64,000 bases of DNA from Chiloscyllium plagiosum (taxonomy: Eukaryota), in NCBI RefSeq assembly GCF_004010195.1, contig NC_057758.1:5632936-5696935 (forward strand), written 5' to 3'. This document shows positions 11,440-25,289 of the stretch, one piece after another. The first letter of the stretch is position 1; every line of letters begins with the position of its first letter. A program made the position numbers and the translations under genes. The notes beneath the pieces are model-generated. The model ran no database searches, had not been told where the DNA came from, and worked only from the letters and a program-made list of their open reading frames with translations.

Positions 11440-12760
11440 GCTTTAAACTGACAGAGAGGATGCTGTGATATTGTTCAGGTGAAAGGATCTTCCCAAATCC
11501 AAAGAGAAAGTGTGAAGGATCGGAACAACACGGTGTTGTGGCTGAAGATAAACAGGAAGGAATGAACAGGAAGGTACAGAGTTTCACTAAAAATATACAT
11601 TAGCGAATAGGTTTGTGGCAGGAAATTATTGGGAAACCTAAATTGCAAAGTTCTTTTATGGAACGGACAGATTATCTACAATACCGTACATGGACAAGTG
11701 ACAAAGAGATAAATGCGATTCAACACTAGACAGATGTGGTTACGGAGCGACGAAAAGGTAGAACATACTTATGTAACAGTGAACAACCTTGCAGGGCCTC
11801 TGGCAGAATGGGAAAGCGGGATGAGTAAATCTGACAGTAATGGACAACAAAGGCATAATAGAAAAGAAAGCATTTGGCCTCCGATTATGCAGTTGAGTCA
11901 GCTGGAATCCAGATTCTGAGAACCATGTGTCCCAAATACAAGCAGGAGAATTGGTTTTCTGCTGCTTAGCAGCATTACATTGCTCAGCACTGCATGAAAC
12001 AGGAATTTATTCGAATTCGTAACAAATACATTGTGATAATTTTGGGAGACTTTAATCTTTACATAATTGGAAATGTCATGTTGAAAGAGGCTTTCGGAGA
12101 ATGTTTTTGCCAGTGTTTCTTTGAATAACATGTTGTGCAAATGGCTCTGGATGTAACTATTTCAAATCGACCGTTGGCGTAATATAGCTGAGTGAATGAG
12201 TAATGTCACATGGAGAGATCCTCCGGGAAATTGTAATATAGAGGAATGAATAGTGATTTAAAACCTCATATAGTGAACATAAATCACACACGACAATCAG
12301 AAACAAAGCCAATTCAAGGGTTTGCGAGGAGAACTGAACAAGGTAAACAAGTGAAACAGATTGAAAGGTATGTTATAAATGAACAGTGGAAATCATTTTA
12401 AGCAGCTGTGTAAAATATTGAACAAAAGGACAAAACCTCAGCAAGACATTCCTACCTGCACGTCACGCAGGGATGAAGGATCTGATTTGATTAAGGGATG
12501 CTGAAAAAGACAGAAAACCTAACAATTCTGAAAAACCAATGCTTTGGAGATATGGGAACATTTGTTAATTGGATCGCAACGAATCTCCTAATAGCAAGAG
12601 TGCAACAAGAAGAGGAAACAATGTCAGGTTTAAATGAGATGTTAGGAACAGGGAGACTTGAAGAAGATAGAGGTGGTGAGATTGATACCAAGAGGATCAA
12701 GGGACTAAAATCTTTTACACAGCCAGTTTGAATTGCTGTAGTTGGAGGCATTTACAGAGG
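11440..12760 (+). mobile_element. Very old CR1 endonuclease-region remnant (block copy 1)
   Basis: ETWL..-like (cagatgtggttac) and GDFN (ggagactttaat) remnants; collinear with 25290-26400 and 29180-29830. Confidence 0.6.
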
Positions 12761-12799
12761 TGGTGGAGGGTGGGAGGTGGGAGGATGGGGGACATATAT

Positions 12800-13015
12800 C
12801 GTTTTATTTATTAATTCATGGACTGAGTGTATCACCGATTGGACCACCATACATTTCCCATTGCTCATTGCCCGGAGGCGGCTCAGAGTCAGCCATATTG
12901 CTGTTGGTCTGATTTCACATGTAAGCAAGACCGGTTAAGAATGTCAGATATCCTTCCCTAATAGAAAGACATGAAACAGTTGAGTTTTTCGACATGATCA
13001 ACAATGCTTTTATGG
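12800..13015 (-). mobile_element. DeuSINE-like fragment
   Basis: agagtcagccatattgctgttggtctg...tccttccctaa is the antisense of the motif at 11160-11362. Confidence 0.6.
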
Positions 13016-14170
13016 TGGCTATACTAATGTTCTGTACAGCGATGACATGACGTCCAAATTTCTATTCTCAATGCTCTGGTCCATAAAGGAAAGCGGTCCA
13101 AATTCCCTCATCAACACCCTGTCCACATGTGACACAAATTTCAAAGAACTGTTTACCTGCATCTCTCGCTCTCTCTGTTTGACAACATTACCCAGGGCCC
13201 TAAAATTAACTGTACAAGTACTGCGCCGGTTTGCCTCATCAAAATACAGCATCGTGTATTTCCACACCTGCTATTCCTCAGCTTATTGGTACAGCAGTAC
13301 TGGTGACCCAATTCTACGCTTAGATAACACTTTTCACTGTCCATTTTCCGACCACATTCAGTGTTATTCACAAAATTCCTAACTATGACTCCTTTATTCT
13401 CCACCAAATTGTTGATATAAATGATGCACAACAGTGGACCCAGCACCGAATCTCGTGGCACACCATTGGTTACAGGTCTGCAGTTTTAGTCAAAACCATT
13501 TATGAACTCATTCTGTCTCCTACCGTCAATCCAATTTTGAATCCAGCTGTAAAGTGCTCCGTAATTATGTGTGATCTAAACATGTAAACCAGACTGCCAT
13601 GAAGGAGCTTGTCAAAGTCCTTGCTGAAGCCCATGTAGACATGTCTACTGCTCTCCCTTGATCTATCACTATTCTACTTCCTCAAAAACTCAATCAAGTT
13701 TGTGAGACATGATTGTCCACGCACAAAGCCATGCTATCGATGGCCAATCAGTCCTTGCCTTTCCAAATATTTGAAGACCCTGCCTCAGAAGCTCCTCCAA
13801 CAACCTACCTTTCACTGCCATCAGTCTCATTGGCCTATAGTGGCTGTAGATGATGCAAATATGTCGGCCAGGGTCCGTGCAATTTCTGCCCTGGCTTCTC
13901 ACAAGCTGTTGGGTTACATGTCACCTAGTGATACCAAGGTGTTTTCTACTTTTGTCGCATTTCAAGACATCCTAAACCTCATGTTCTCCAATGTGAGCAG
14001 TATTCAATACATCATTATTAATTTTACCACGTTCCCGAGCTTCGATGTCTTTCTCCGCAGTAAATCCTAATGCAATATATTACTTTGCGAACTCCCTCAT
14101 CAGCATTGGTTCCATATGGACAGCCTCATTGACTTTTAAGAGGCCCTATTCCTTCCCTCGGTAACCATTA
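13015..14170 (-). mobile_element. Old CR1 ORF2 RT fragment
   Basis: Minus-strand ORFs give SVLGPLLCIIYINNL and LYRTLV; DFSK-like remnant near 13620. Confidence 0.8.
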
Positions 14171-14599
14171 GTCCCTTGATAAACATCACAGAAGTGGGTA
14201 CTGCAGATTCTGGAGATTAGAGTTAAGGTGAGAGTGGTGCTGGAAAAACACAGCAGGTCAGGCAGTAGCCGAGGAACAGGAAAATAGACGTTTAAGGCAA
14301 AAGCCCTGCTTCTCCTGTTCCATGGACCCTGGCTTGTTGAAATCTGTCAAAATGCTTCTGTACCTTCAAATATCCCGCTACCACCACTCTCCTCCCCCAC
14401 CTTTATCTGTTCTGAAATTCATCCTTGCACAAAAATATAAAATCCAACAGATTTAAAAATATTCTCCTTTTATAAAATCATGCATCTTCCGTTGTTTGCC
14501 AGTGTCCAGTTATTGTTTATTGCCAACTCCTTTACAATGCCTTCCAGCATATTCCCAACATACACCCAGGCTGACACCGTTTGCTTTCAGACTGATTGC

Positions 14600-16520
14600 A
14601 CAAAGTGTTGTGGGAGTTTTTGTGTATCAATCTGAAAATGGTAGTTTACATTGTCAGCAGGTATTAGAGATGATACATCAAATGTTTGCATTTATGAAAA
14701 AGAGAATGCAGTCTCATATGGAGACGTCATGCTAAAACTATGCGAGGTGAGAGTCAGATCGCATTTCGAATATTATGAACAGTCGGAATGCCCGAAGGAA
14801 AGGTATCCTTGAATTGGAGGCAGGCCAAATAAGCTTCATTCAGCTAATGTTGGGAATGGAATTCTTTTATAATGTGAAGAGGTGAAGTAGACTGAGCTTG
14901 AATCCACCGGAAGTTTGCAGAATGAGGGAGAAATTTTATGAAACGTTCAAGAATCTGAGGAGCTTTGACAGGGTGGAGGCTGGGAAGTTAGAAAACAGAA
15001 TAGCACAGCACAGCAACAGGCCTTTCAGCATACCATGCCTGTGCTGACCATGATGTTATTCTAAACAACACCATCTGTCTCTACATGGTCCATACCCTTC
15101 TATGCTCTGCCTGTTCATGTTTCTGTCTAAATGCCACTTCAAAACGTTTCCATATTTCCGCTTCGACCACCTTCTGAGCAGATTCTAACCATACTGGAAA
15201 TATAAACCTTGCCTCATTCATCTCACTTGAAATTCCCACTCTGAAGCCGAGGCAACCTCGTATTTGACATTTGCACGTTGCAAATGAGATTTCGACTATT
15301 TACAGCATCCATGCCTTACATAAGGCAATATACCTGTACGTGGTCGCCCCACAGCCTCCGACACTCCCGCAAAACAATCCAACTGGGTCGAAACACTCAT
15401 TATAGTCAACACATTTACATCCAGGCAACAAGCTGGTAGATCATTCTTACACGCTCTCAACGCCTCCACACATCCTTCCCATGGTATAGTGACGAGAACA
15501 GCACACAGCATTCCAAACGTGGTCGATCTGATGTTTTATTCGGTTACAACATGGCATGCAAACATCGAAAGTCAATGCTGCGACCGCAGAAGGTAATCAC
15601 GACATATTCCTTCATTATCACCACATCCTGTTGTGTTGTTATTTTCAGGGAGCTATGGATTGCATTGAAGTTCCATCTGTATATTACTGTTTCAAAAGTT
15701 CTGGTCATTTTTAGTGTAACTTTCTCTTGCATTTGACTTCCAAAATGCATCATCTCACAATTGTCCCAATGAAATTCCATTCGCCATTTCTCAATAGTAC
15801 ATAGAACTTTAGTGCACAGTACAGGCTGTTCGTCCCTCGACGTTGTGTCGACCTGTGAAATTAATCTAAAGCCCCTCTAACCTGCACTATTCGATTTTAG
15901 GCCATATGTCTATCCAATGACCATTTAAACAGGCTTAAAGTTGTCGAGTCTTCTACTACTGCAGGTATGCTGTTCCATGCCCGTACTACTCTGAGTAAAG
16001 AAACTATCTCTGTCATCTGTGCTGTATGTATCACTCCGCAAATTAAAGCTTGTGCTCGCCATCCCCATCCGAGAGAAAAGCTTCTCACTGTCAAACCTGT
16101 CTAATCCTCTGATTACCTTGCATGTCTCTATTAAGTCTTTCCAATTGAACGATATTCGGCTGAACCTTTTAACATTCTTCCCTATTATTCACAATTCCCC
16201 TAACTATTCCTAATCACTATATGCCTTTCGAAACGTGGTCTTCAAGATTACTAATCAAGCCGCTGACATATACATCTTTATTATTGACGTAAATGTCAAA
16301 CGGAATTCGCAGAATTGATCCTTCTGAAGCACCACTGGCCACAGAGCTCCAATCAGAAATACATCCCTTCACATCCCTCTGTATGTTGTTCACAGGAAAA
16401 TTTTGCATCCAATTTGCCAATCCTCGTGGATAGCATGGATTGTGATTTTATTTTCTAGGCCAAGCTAATATTAGCAAATGCTTTAGTAAAGTCCATGTCT
16501 GCACCATACATAACCTTACC
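14600..16520. mobile_element. Nested old CR1 3' fragments (+ 14600-15000; - 15000-16520, with a younger 3' end at ~15800-16140)
   Basis: RVVRAWNSIP..FKWSLDRHM (15897-16094, minus) and WSSVASG..GSIL (16217-16420, minus). Confidence 0.7.
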
Positions 16521-17229
16521 CTCAATATTGATCTTTGCCACTTCGTTTGGTTTCCGTTGTGTGAGAATCCTGAACAAGGAGGCACGGAATTACATTTGGG
16601 ATCAGCCATGATCTCGTTGAATGGCGGAACAGACTCGATGGGCCAAATGGTCTAATTCCACTTCTCCATCTCATTGGCTGAACTAAATCACTTTTTAACT
16701 CAAACAATGACATAATATTGTGATTTTTCTGCTCACAAAGCAGCATTGCAATCAGACAATTTGATATTTCTCATTACACAACATTTCATCATGAATAGGC
16801 CACTCCCTTGATTGTTCCTTGACATGTTATTACAGAAAATCATCTCTTCCACAATCCAAGTTTCTATCCATGAACTCCCGATATTCAACATTTATCCAGT
16901 CGGGATGGACACTCCTGTCACACACAGTAACTGTACTCCCCTTGTTGCAAGCATATTCAGTTTCCTGACTGTAACCATATTTACATTACTATAACGCTCT
17001 GGTGTGCAGAAACGAATTCCTGCTCATGGTTGCTGCCCCTTGCGGCTTCTCAGTTCGACCTAAAAATGATTCGAAATCCTGACAACCCTTCAATGTTCAC
17101 CTCCCAGCCATTGTCATTCTGACCCATAAGTCCATAATGGCATTTCAATCATGTCTGATCACTTCAGTTAAGGTTGTCGTTCCAACTGACTTCTTGGAAA
17201 TGCACAGAGTGTCTTAGTGAGAGTCGGGG

Positions 17230-18900
17230 ATAAAGGAATAGGCAGTGGTTACAGAGTTAGAGAGTTGTTCACGGGCTCGAGGATGTTGCAACGTTAAGGA
17301 TACGAAAGAATGGTAGTGGGAGGCATTGGAGGATGTTCCACAGATCGAGGGTCCTGGATTACATTCCAGACATAGCGATGAGTACAGAGCTGTGGATCGT
17401 TACAGGGACGATATTGATCAAGGTGTCGAAATATTCGGAGGTAGCTCGGATGTGGTATATTATAACAGGAGTTGTGGAGTCTGGAGAATATCACAGTGAT
17501 AGCGAGCGTGGTATGTACTGAAGAATGTTACAGGGATAGGGAGTGTGGCATTGACTGGGGAATGTTACAAGTATAGGGAGGGTGGTCAGGACTGGAGATC
17601 ATTTTAAGGATAAGGATGGTGGTATGGACTGGAGAATATTACTGGGACAGCGTGGATTGTACGGACGAGGAAGTATAGTATGGACTGGAGAAAATCCAGG
17701 AGAGAGAAATTATTTATACACTGGAAGATATTTAAGAGAGTGAGTATTATGCATGCTGGAAGATGTGACAGGGATGGGAAGGCTTGTTGAATGTGGATAC
17801 AGTCATGAGGGGGTTGTGGTAGACTATTCACTTACGAACGAAGGATGGGCTACAGGGAGCTGTTTCCAGACAAATGGAAGGTATAGTGGCCTGAAAGCAG
17901 TTACACTTATAGCGAGGTATGCAGTAACTGCAGGGGTTTACACAGACAGGGAGTGTTGTTGGGATTTAAAAGGATACGCAGCTCGAGAATGCTGTAGGGA
18001 CTGGAGGAGATTACACTGATAGGGACGGTTTTAAAAACTGAACACTGTTAAAAGGGTAGGGAGGGTTGCATTGGTGAGAGCAAGTTTCAGCATTTGGGAG
18101 TATATGGGTCTGTGTGAGGTTATACAAATGGCGATGGCTCTCGGGTTTGGGGGTGGCAACATGGTAATGGGGATTGTACTTACACAGGCTTTACACAGAT
18201 CGGGCGAGTACGAGTGGAAGGAAATATTTGGACAGACATGGAGGATTCCGGGGGTTGCTGGGCACTACAGAAAAAGGAGAGTTATACCAATCCTTCTGAC
18301 GTACAGAAGCAGTGAAGATTGTGGGGATTGAAGCTGCTCAGCATGGTAGGGAGGGGCACAGCGACTGGAGATGTTACAGAATTGGGGAGGTTTCAAAATT
18401 CTGCAGGCAGTTACAGAGATAGCAAAGAGCTGTAAGGTCTGCTGGACGTTCCACAGATCAGGAGAGTTGAAGAGACTTGATGATGTTGTCCATGCAAATA
18501 GGGTTGTTGGGAAGTAAGATGGAAACAGAGATGGAGAGAACCGAAAGGGATCACAGAGACGTGGAGTGTTGTCTTCTCTCGTCGAAATTCCTGTGAGTGG
18601 GATTGGTTTCAGAACTGTAGGATCTGCCAGAGATAGGAGGCTTGAAGGAACAGAGTTGACATGGAGAAATGTAACGACTAGAGAATGCAGAGGTGGTGTG
18701 GGTTGTAGGACATGCAATGAATTGGGACGACTGTAGAAGCTGGAGCGGTCCCCACAGACAAGGATGGTTATCGGAATATGAGGAATTTTCAGGGGTAAGG
18801 GTGTTTTGGGCATTCCCAGTAATTAGCGGTTTGGAGTACTGCTCACTCAGGGGAAGGTTTCAAAATTAGAGAAGGATGGAGCAACAAGAAGTGTTTGCAG
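17230..18900 (+). repeat. Second array of the ~36-bp purine-rich minisatellite
   Basis: Repeated gactggagga..ttacagagatagggag variants. Confidence 0.8.
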
Positions 18901-19322
18901 AAAATAGAGTAATATCAACATGTCACTTCGGTGTTATACTGCTGATGGTCATTAGGTGGACCGTTGTTCTCTGCAAAATGTACAGATTCTCAGGAGAATG
19001 TACAGGGTGGATGCGAAACGATGCTTCCTTCCCCTTATGGATGAGAGATAAATAAGGAGGATTTGTAAGACTAACATAGAGAATGACAGAGTTATCTTGT
19101 TTTCACTGGCCCAAACATACTTCAGGTTTGCTTCCACACAGCTCAAAGCAATGCATTGTGATAACAAAGAACAAGGTCGGTAGGGAATGCAGTAGAGACG
19201 AGACGAAAGCCAGGTTGTAAGGGATGGAGGTAGTTAGAATGAAGGGAGATGTTCAACAGGTGGAAGGATTTGCAGTGAGTGTGGAATGATCCCTTCCCTC
19301 GACGGAATATTGACATACTGTT

Positions 19323-20960
19323 CTAGAAACTCTCCTGAACGCTTCTTACAAAGTCGATCCCATCCAGACATCTGACGTTAAGTGTATCCCAGTCAATGTT
19401 GGGAAAATTAAAATCTCCCATCACCACTAACGCATTGCCTCTGTATCTTTCCATAATCTCTTTAACTGTTTGTTCTTCCACCTCACGCTCACTGATCAGA
19501 GGACTGTAATGCAGCCCCAGTGTGACTGCACCTTTTGTATTTCTCTGGTCCACCCATAATGCCTCAATACCGAAGACCTCCATAGTGTACTCCCTTAGCA
19601 CAGCCATGATATCGTCCTTGACCAGCAATACAACTCCACTCCCCCCGCTTTTACTTCCCTCCCTTTCCTGTCTGAGGCGTCTGTATCCTGGAACATTTAA
19701 TTACCAATCATCATGCTGTTCCTTCAGCCAAGACTCTGTGATTGCAATATCATACTACCAGGCATCAATCCAAGCCCTAAGTTCATTTGCCTTACACACG
19801 AGACTCCTTGCATTAAGTAGCTGCATTTCATGGCACGAGTTGTTTTTTGCACTCATCTGCTCTCTGCATATTCTCCATTTATTAATGCTATCTTCATAAA
19901 TCTTACAGTCTCCAGTCTTCACCTCACTGCCTTTATGTTTTCTCTTCTGGTTCCCAGCACCCTGCCACATTAGTTTAAAACCTCTCCAAGAGGAGTAGCA
20001 AAAACTCCCCCAAGGTCATTGGTTTCAGTCTGGTTCAGATGTAGACCGTCCAATTTGTAATAGCCCCACCCTCCCCAGAACCTGTCCCAATGTCCAACAA
20101 ATCTGAACCCTTCCTTCCTACACCATCTCTCAAGCCACGTGTTCATCCTGCGTATTTTGTTATTTTTGCGCAAACTAGCACGTGACACTGGTAGTAATCC
20201 CGAGATCACTACCTTTGAGGTCCTCCTCTTTCACCACACTCTGTGCTTCCTGAATTCCTCTTTCAGGGCCTCATCTCGTTTTCTACTCGTATCGTTGGTG
20301 CCGATATGCACCAAGACAAATATCTGTTCATTCTCCCGTTTTAGAAAGCTCTGCAGCCGATCGGTGACATCCCTGATCCGAGCACAAGGGAGGCATCATA
20401 CCATTCTGGAATCCCATTTTCGGCCACAGAACCGCCTATCTACTCCCTGCACAACAGAATCCATGGTGACTACCGTCCTACGAGTCTTTTTCCCGCCCTT
20501 CTGAACAGTAGTGCCCGCCATCGTGCCATGATCCTGGCAACTGCTGCCCCCTCCTGATGTGCCATCTCCCCCAAAAGTATCCAGAACAGGATACCTGTTT
20601 TGGAGGGAGATGACCACAGGGGACACCTGCACTGATTTGCTTTCCTACTCATTTTCTGTCGATTGGTCACCCATTCTCTGTCTCCCTCAGCAACTCTAAC
20701 CTGCAGTGTGACCAGTTCACTAAACGTGCTATCTGCGACCTCCTCAGCATCACGAATGCTCCACAGTGAGTAAATCCGCAGCTCCAGAGCCGCCATACGG
20801 TCAAAAACGAGCAGAGCTGGACACATGTCCAGCAATTAAAAGAGGCAGGAACGTCAGACACGTCAAGGGAGAGGTACATGCCACGAGTCTGTGGTCCCCT
20901 ACCACTGTAAGCTTAGCTTTACAAGAAGAAAAACCAAACGCTTCACTCCACCTTCTCTCC
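19323..20960 (-). mobile_element. CR1 LINE 5' part: ORF1 (Zn/leucine zipper plus GDSL-like esterase) and ORF2 endonuclease; disrupted
   Basis: Minus-strand ORFs give LELRIYSLWSIRDAEE, DSVVQGVDRRFCG, WDRFWG..YKLDGLHLN, NARSLV.K..EL and VVMGDFNFPNIDW. Confidence 0.92.
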
Positions 20961-20978
20961 TCGCTGATCTGTCAAAAT

Positions 20979-21540
20979 CTAATCTAATCTAAAATCTCCA
21001 AGGAATACTACTCTCATATTCTTATAGGTATCTGTAATTTCGCGACACATCTGCTCCTCTAGTACTTGTTTGCTATTTGGTATTCTATAATACAGTCCTA
21101 ACAGAGTGAATATCATCGTTTTGTTTCTAAATTTTAAACACATGACCTCATTAAATGATTCCTTAAGTGTATCATCTCTTAGCACTGATGTTATTTACTC
21201 CCTTATCAAAAAGACAACATCCCCTCCTCACTTGCTTGTATTTCTGTCACGCCTGCAGCTTCTGCATCTTGGAAAACGGATCCACCAGTCCTACCCTTCT
21301 CTCAGACATCTTTTCGTTATGGCTATAGTATCCCCATCCCAGAGCCAATCCATGCTATGAGCTTGAATGCCTTATCAATCAGGCCGCGTGTGGTGAAATA
21401 AATACACCAGACGTCTTTTTCCTCCCTTTGCAGTGCTGCTGGATCTCCTGAACAGTCAACCTCCTCTCAATGGCTGATGTATTTTCCCCTCTCTTCTTCA
21501 GAGTCCCAACCCTCTGTCAAACTAGTTTCATGCTTCCTAG
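20979..21540 (-). mobile_element. Older CR1 endonuclease fragment
   Basis: TLLGLYYRIPNS...VFLGDF. Confidence 0.8.
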
Positions 21541-22939
21541 TTAATAATAGCAAATGTTGCCCCAGGTTGCCTCCGTGGTTCAAGTACAACCCGACACCCA
21601 CTTGAGGATAATCCTGGGGATCGCCCAGTGAAACCATTTAGTGGAACTGAGAAATGACAATGGATGATCTCTTTCACATGACTGTACGACAGGCCCCCAA
21701 CAGTCAGCGGGAATTTGAGCAGCAAACATGTCAGGAGATCTCAGATATCTATACGAATGAGAGCGTTGTAACATTCCAAATCGAGACTGGGAATGCGGTA
21801 GTATACAGAACTGGGATGGGAGGAATTTATTAATTATGGTCAAGAAAACTGCCTCAGTCAATATGGAAATAGGCGGACTGGAGAAAGGGCCAAAACTTGG
21901 CCTCCCCTTCGGAAACAATTCGGGAAAAGGGACTGAGGTATTAGTGCGCAAGCATTTTGTCAAAGAGACCACAATTCTATTAGATTGAAAATAGTTATGG
22001 AATTGAACAGGCCTGCTCCACAAGTTAAAGAGTAAAATTGGTGTTGCCGCAATCCAGAAATTATTAATCAAGACCTTTCAAACGTTAATTATTGGAGTTT
22101 ATTTGCAGTTAAAAGGACCTGTGGCAAGTGGGAAACTTTCAAAAGAGAGAAACAACGAGAGTTCAGGGCAAGAATATTCCTGTTAATATGAAGGATAATG
22201 CTGACACAGGGAGGAAATACTGGATGACTGTGCATATTGAGGCTCTGGTCAAGAAAAAGGGACACACAATATATATAGTCAGCAGGATGAAGTGAGTCAC
22301 TTGAATAACATTTCAGGTGTGGTAGTGCACGAAACGCGGTACGCAGGAGGGCAAACAGGGGGCCTGAGAAAGCGTTGGCGGATCGGGTTCATGAAAATCC
22401 AAAGAGAACCTGCATGCATATTAATAACTAAACATGAACTTTTGACCGCATGTAGTCCTTTAAAGATCAATGGGGCCATCAATGCGTGGAACCACATGAA
22501 ATGGGTGAGAACCTAATCGAAAATTTCACGCCATTGTGGAGAAAACCTGGGGAAGTCAGTGAAATAAAGAAAGATGTCTTCAAAAGAGTCTACATTACAG
22601 AACAGGACGTACTTGAGTTTTTGAAACGTATAAAGATAGCCAACTCCCTGGGAATTAATCAAGTACATCCCGGATCATTATGGAAAGCTCAGGAAGAAAT
22701 ATCGGAGCCCCTTAGAGATATTTCTACTGACCGCCACAGGTAAGCCTAGAGGTTGGCTAATGTTATGCCAGCAAGTTATTTGAAAAAAAAAGCCTGCAAG
22801 TGAAAGCCAGAGACCCAAACACCAATTATTTGATGTCAGTTGTCCGTGCTTTGTTGGAAGCGATTCAGCCGGACAGGAATAACGTACATTTGGAGAGGCA
22901 CGCATTGATAAGCGATAGTCGGCACAACTTTGTGCTTGG

Positions 22940-23755
22940 ATTGAGAGTGTGTTGTTGGAAAAGCACAGCAGGTCAGGCAGCATCCTCGAAGCAGGGAAAT
23001 TGACATTTCGGCTCAGAGCCCTTCATCAGGAATGAGGCTGGGAGACGCGGGGTGGAGAGATAAAAGGGAGGCTGCTGCGCTGGAGAGAAAGTAGTTGAGA
23101 GTGCAATAGGTCGATGGAGGCGGGTGTAAAGTAATAGAGAGGAGGGTGGAGTATAGAGGTGGGAAAGAAAATTGACAAGTGGGACAAGTCATAAGGGCGA
23201 TGTTGAGCTGCATGGTTGGAACTGGGGTAAAGGAAATGAGGAAAATGTTTAAGTCCACATTGATGCCCTCGATCTGGACAGTTCTGAGCCGGAAGATAAG
23301 GCATTCTTCCTCCAGGCGTCGGGTGGTGAGGGAGTGACGATGGAGGAGGTCCCGGACCTGCATTCCCTCGGAAAAATGAGAAGGGGAGTTGAAATGTTCA
23401 GACAGGGGGCGGTGGGGTTCTTTTGTGCAAGTGTCCTGGAGATGTTCTGTAAAGCACTCTGCGAGAAGGCGTCCAGTCTGCACAATGGAAAGGAGACTGA
23501 AACGAATACAATCAAGGACATATCTGGAAGTGCAGGTGAAACCTCTATGGATGTGGAAGGTTCTTTTCTGGCCTTGGACGGATGCTAAGGGGAGGTGTGG
23601 GGGCAGTTTTTACAATTCCTGCGGTGGCAGGGGAAAGTACCAGGCTTTGAGGTTGGCTTGTTATGGGGCAGAGAGAGAACCGTCTTTGCGGAAAGTGGAT
23701 AAGGTTGGGGAGGGAAATGTATTCCTGTGGTGGGGTCCATTTGTAGGTGTCGGTG
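22940..23755 (-). mobile_element. Penelope-like element 3' fragment (GIY-YIG region plus terminal repeat)
   Basis: TGRLLAECFTEHL..HFNSPSH..RRLEEECLIFRL..GINVD; terminal motif gctgcctgacctgctgtgcttttccaac. Confidence 0.9.
23001..23036 (-). ncRNA. Degenerate minimal type-I hammerhead ribozyme motif in the Penelope terminal repeat
   Basis: Minus strand reads cattc-CTGATGA-ag-ggct-ctg-agcc-GAAA-tgtca. The core boxes and stem II are present; the stem III/cleavage region shows CpG decay (acgtcg to atgtca). Confidence 0.55.
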
Positions 23756-23873
23756 GATACAAATTACTCTCTCATAAACATGATTGAGTTTGTTGATGAG
23801 CTCAACAAGAAGATAGATGATGGCAGAGCAGAAGACGTTCTCTATAATTAATTCAGCAAGGGCTTGGACAAGG

Positions 23874-24191
23874 TTTTCCAGGCAACACTGGTTAGTAAGG
23901 TTACAATTGCATACAAACTTGGCTAGAAAGTTGGAGCGAGGTGGTGGTGTTAGATGGTTGTTCATCAGACTGGAGGCCAACGACCAGCGGTGGATCCACT
24001 TCTGTTAATCTGTTACATGAAGGATTTTGTTCTTTTCCAGGCAACACTGGTTAGTAAGGTTACAAATGGATACAAACTTGGCTTGAAAGTTGGAGCGAGG
24101 TGGTGGTGTTAGATGGTTGTTCATCAGACTGGAGGCCAACGACCAGCGGTGGATCCACTTCTGTTAATCTGTTACATGAAGGATTTTGTTC
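23874..24191 (+). repeat. Tandem duplication, 2 x 159 bp, inside the old CR1
   Basis: 23874-24032 and 24033-24191 are nearly identical. Confidence 0.95.
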
Positions 24192-25289
24192 AGAATATCG
24201 GAGTCATTGTTAGTTTACGGATGCCAAAATTAGTGCTACAGTGGGAAGTGTATACAGGGGATCGTAATCATCTGTCCATAGGTCAAGGAATGAAAGATGG
24301 AGTTTTATTCAGGTGTAGGCTTTTGTAAAGATAGAACAGGGAGGACTCACGCAGAGAATGGTAGACGCAGCGCAGTTCTCTCGAATAGAGAGAGCCCAAG
24401 GGGCGCAGTTGCATTTCTCCTTGGAGGTGGAATCACATGTGGAAAAGGTGCTGAAAGCTGCATTTGGCACATTTGCCCTCATTGGTCAGAGGAATTTGGG
24501 CATGAGTTGATACCAGATATTGCTGGACCTCTCTTTGGAGTACTGAGTAGAATTCTGATCATCCTGCTGTACGAAGCATTCTCGGAAAATGCAAATGGAG
24601 CAAAGATTGACAAACGTGTTACTGACACTGGAGGATTTGACGTACAAGGAGAGGCTCCATAAGCTGAAAGCAAAACGGGAAATGAGATAGTTGTGGCAGA
24701 TAAGGTGAAGGAGAAAGCAAACAGATTCTGTCCGGATGCAAGTACAAAAAAGCAACTAGAGACGCAATTGGGCCCTCAAACTTCAATGAGGCCATCCATG
24801 TGTGGAATCACAAGAGTTGGGCGAGACCAGAAATGAATAATTCATGTCAGACTGTACTGTGGACAAAAACATTTAAACAAAGGGAAAGAAGCAGTGATGG
24901 CTTGTAAAGAGATTCCTTTGCCTGAAGAGCTGTTGTTGGAGGTCTTAAAACATGAAGGTAGAGAAAGCTCGTGGTTCTGAACAAGTGTATCCAGAACATT
25001 GTGGCAAAATAGTGGCGGGGAACGGAGCAGGATTTGTATCGTTGTCCTTCGTATTCTAGTGGGCGTACGTGACTGAGGGATGACATTATAAAGGTTTATA
25101 AAACCATGAGGGATATAAATAAGGGGAATAAATATGGTATCTACCGCTGGGTAGAGGAATCCATAACTAGAGGACATAGGTATGGAGTGAGAGAGGAGTA
25201 CTTAAAAGGGATTGGAGGAGAACATTATCCACAGAGAGGATGGTGCAAGTATTAAATGAGCGGCATAGAAGGCGATAGGTTTATGATAG

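Larger units (their letters stand above)
21600..25270 (+). mobile_element. Old CR1 ORF2 remnant interrupted by a Penelope-like insertion
   Basis: LEFLKRIKIANSLG..VHP..LWKAQEEISEPL (22486-22743) and RT/3' remnants at 23750-25270. Confidence 0.7.
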
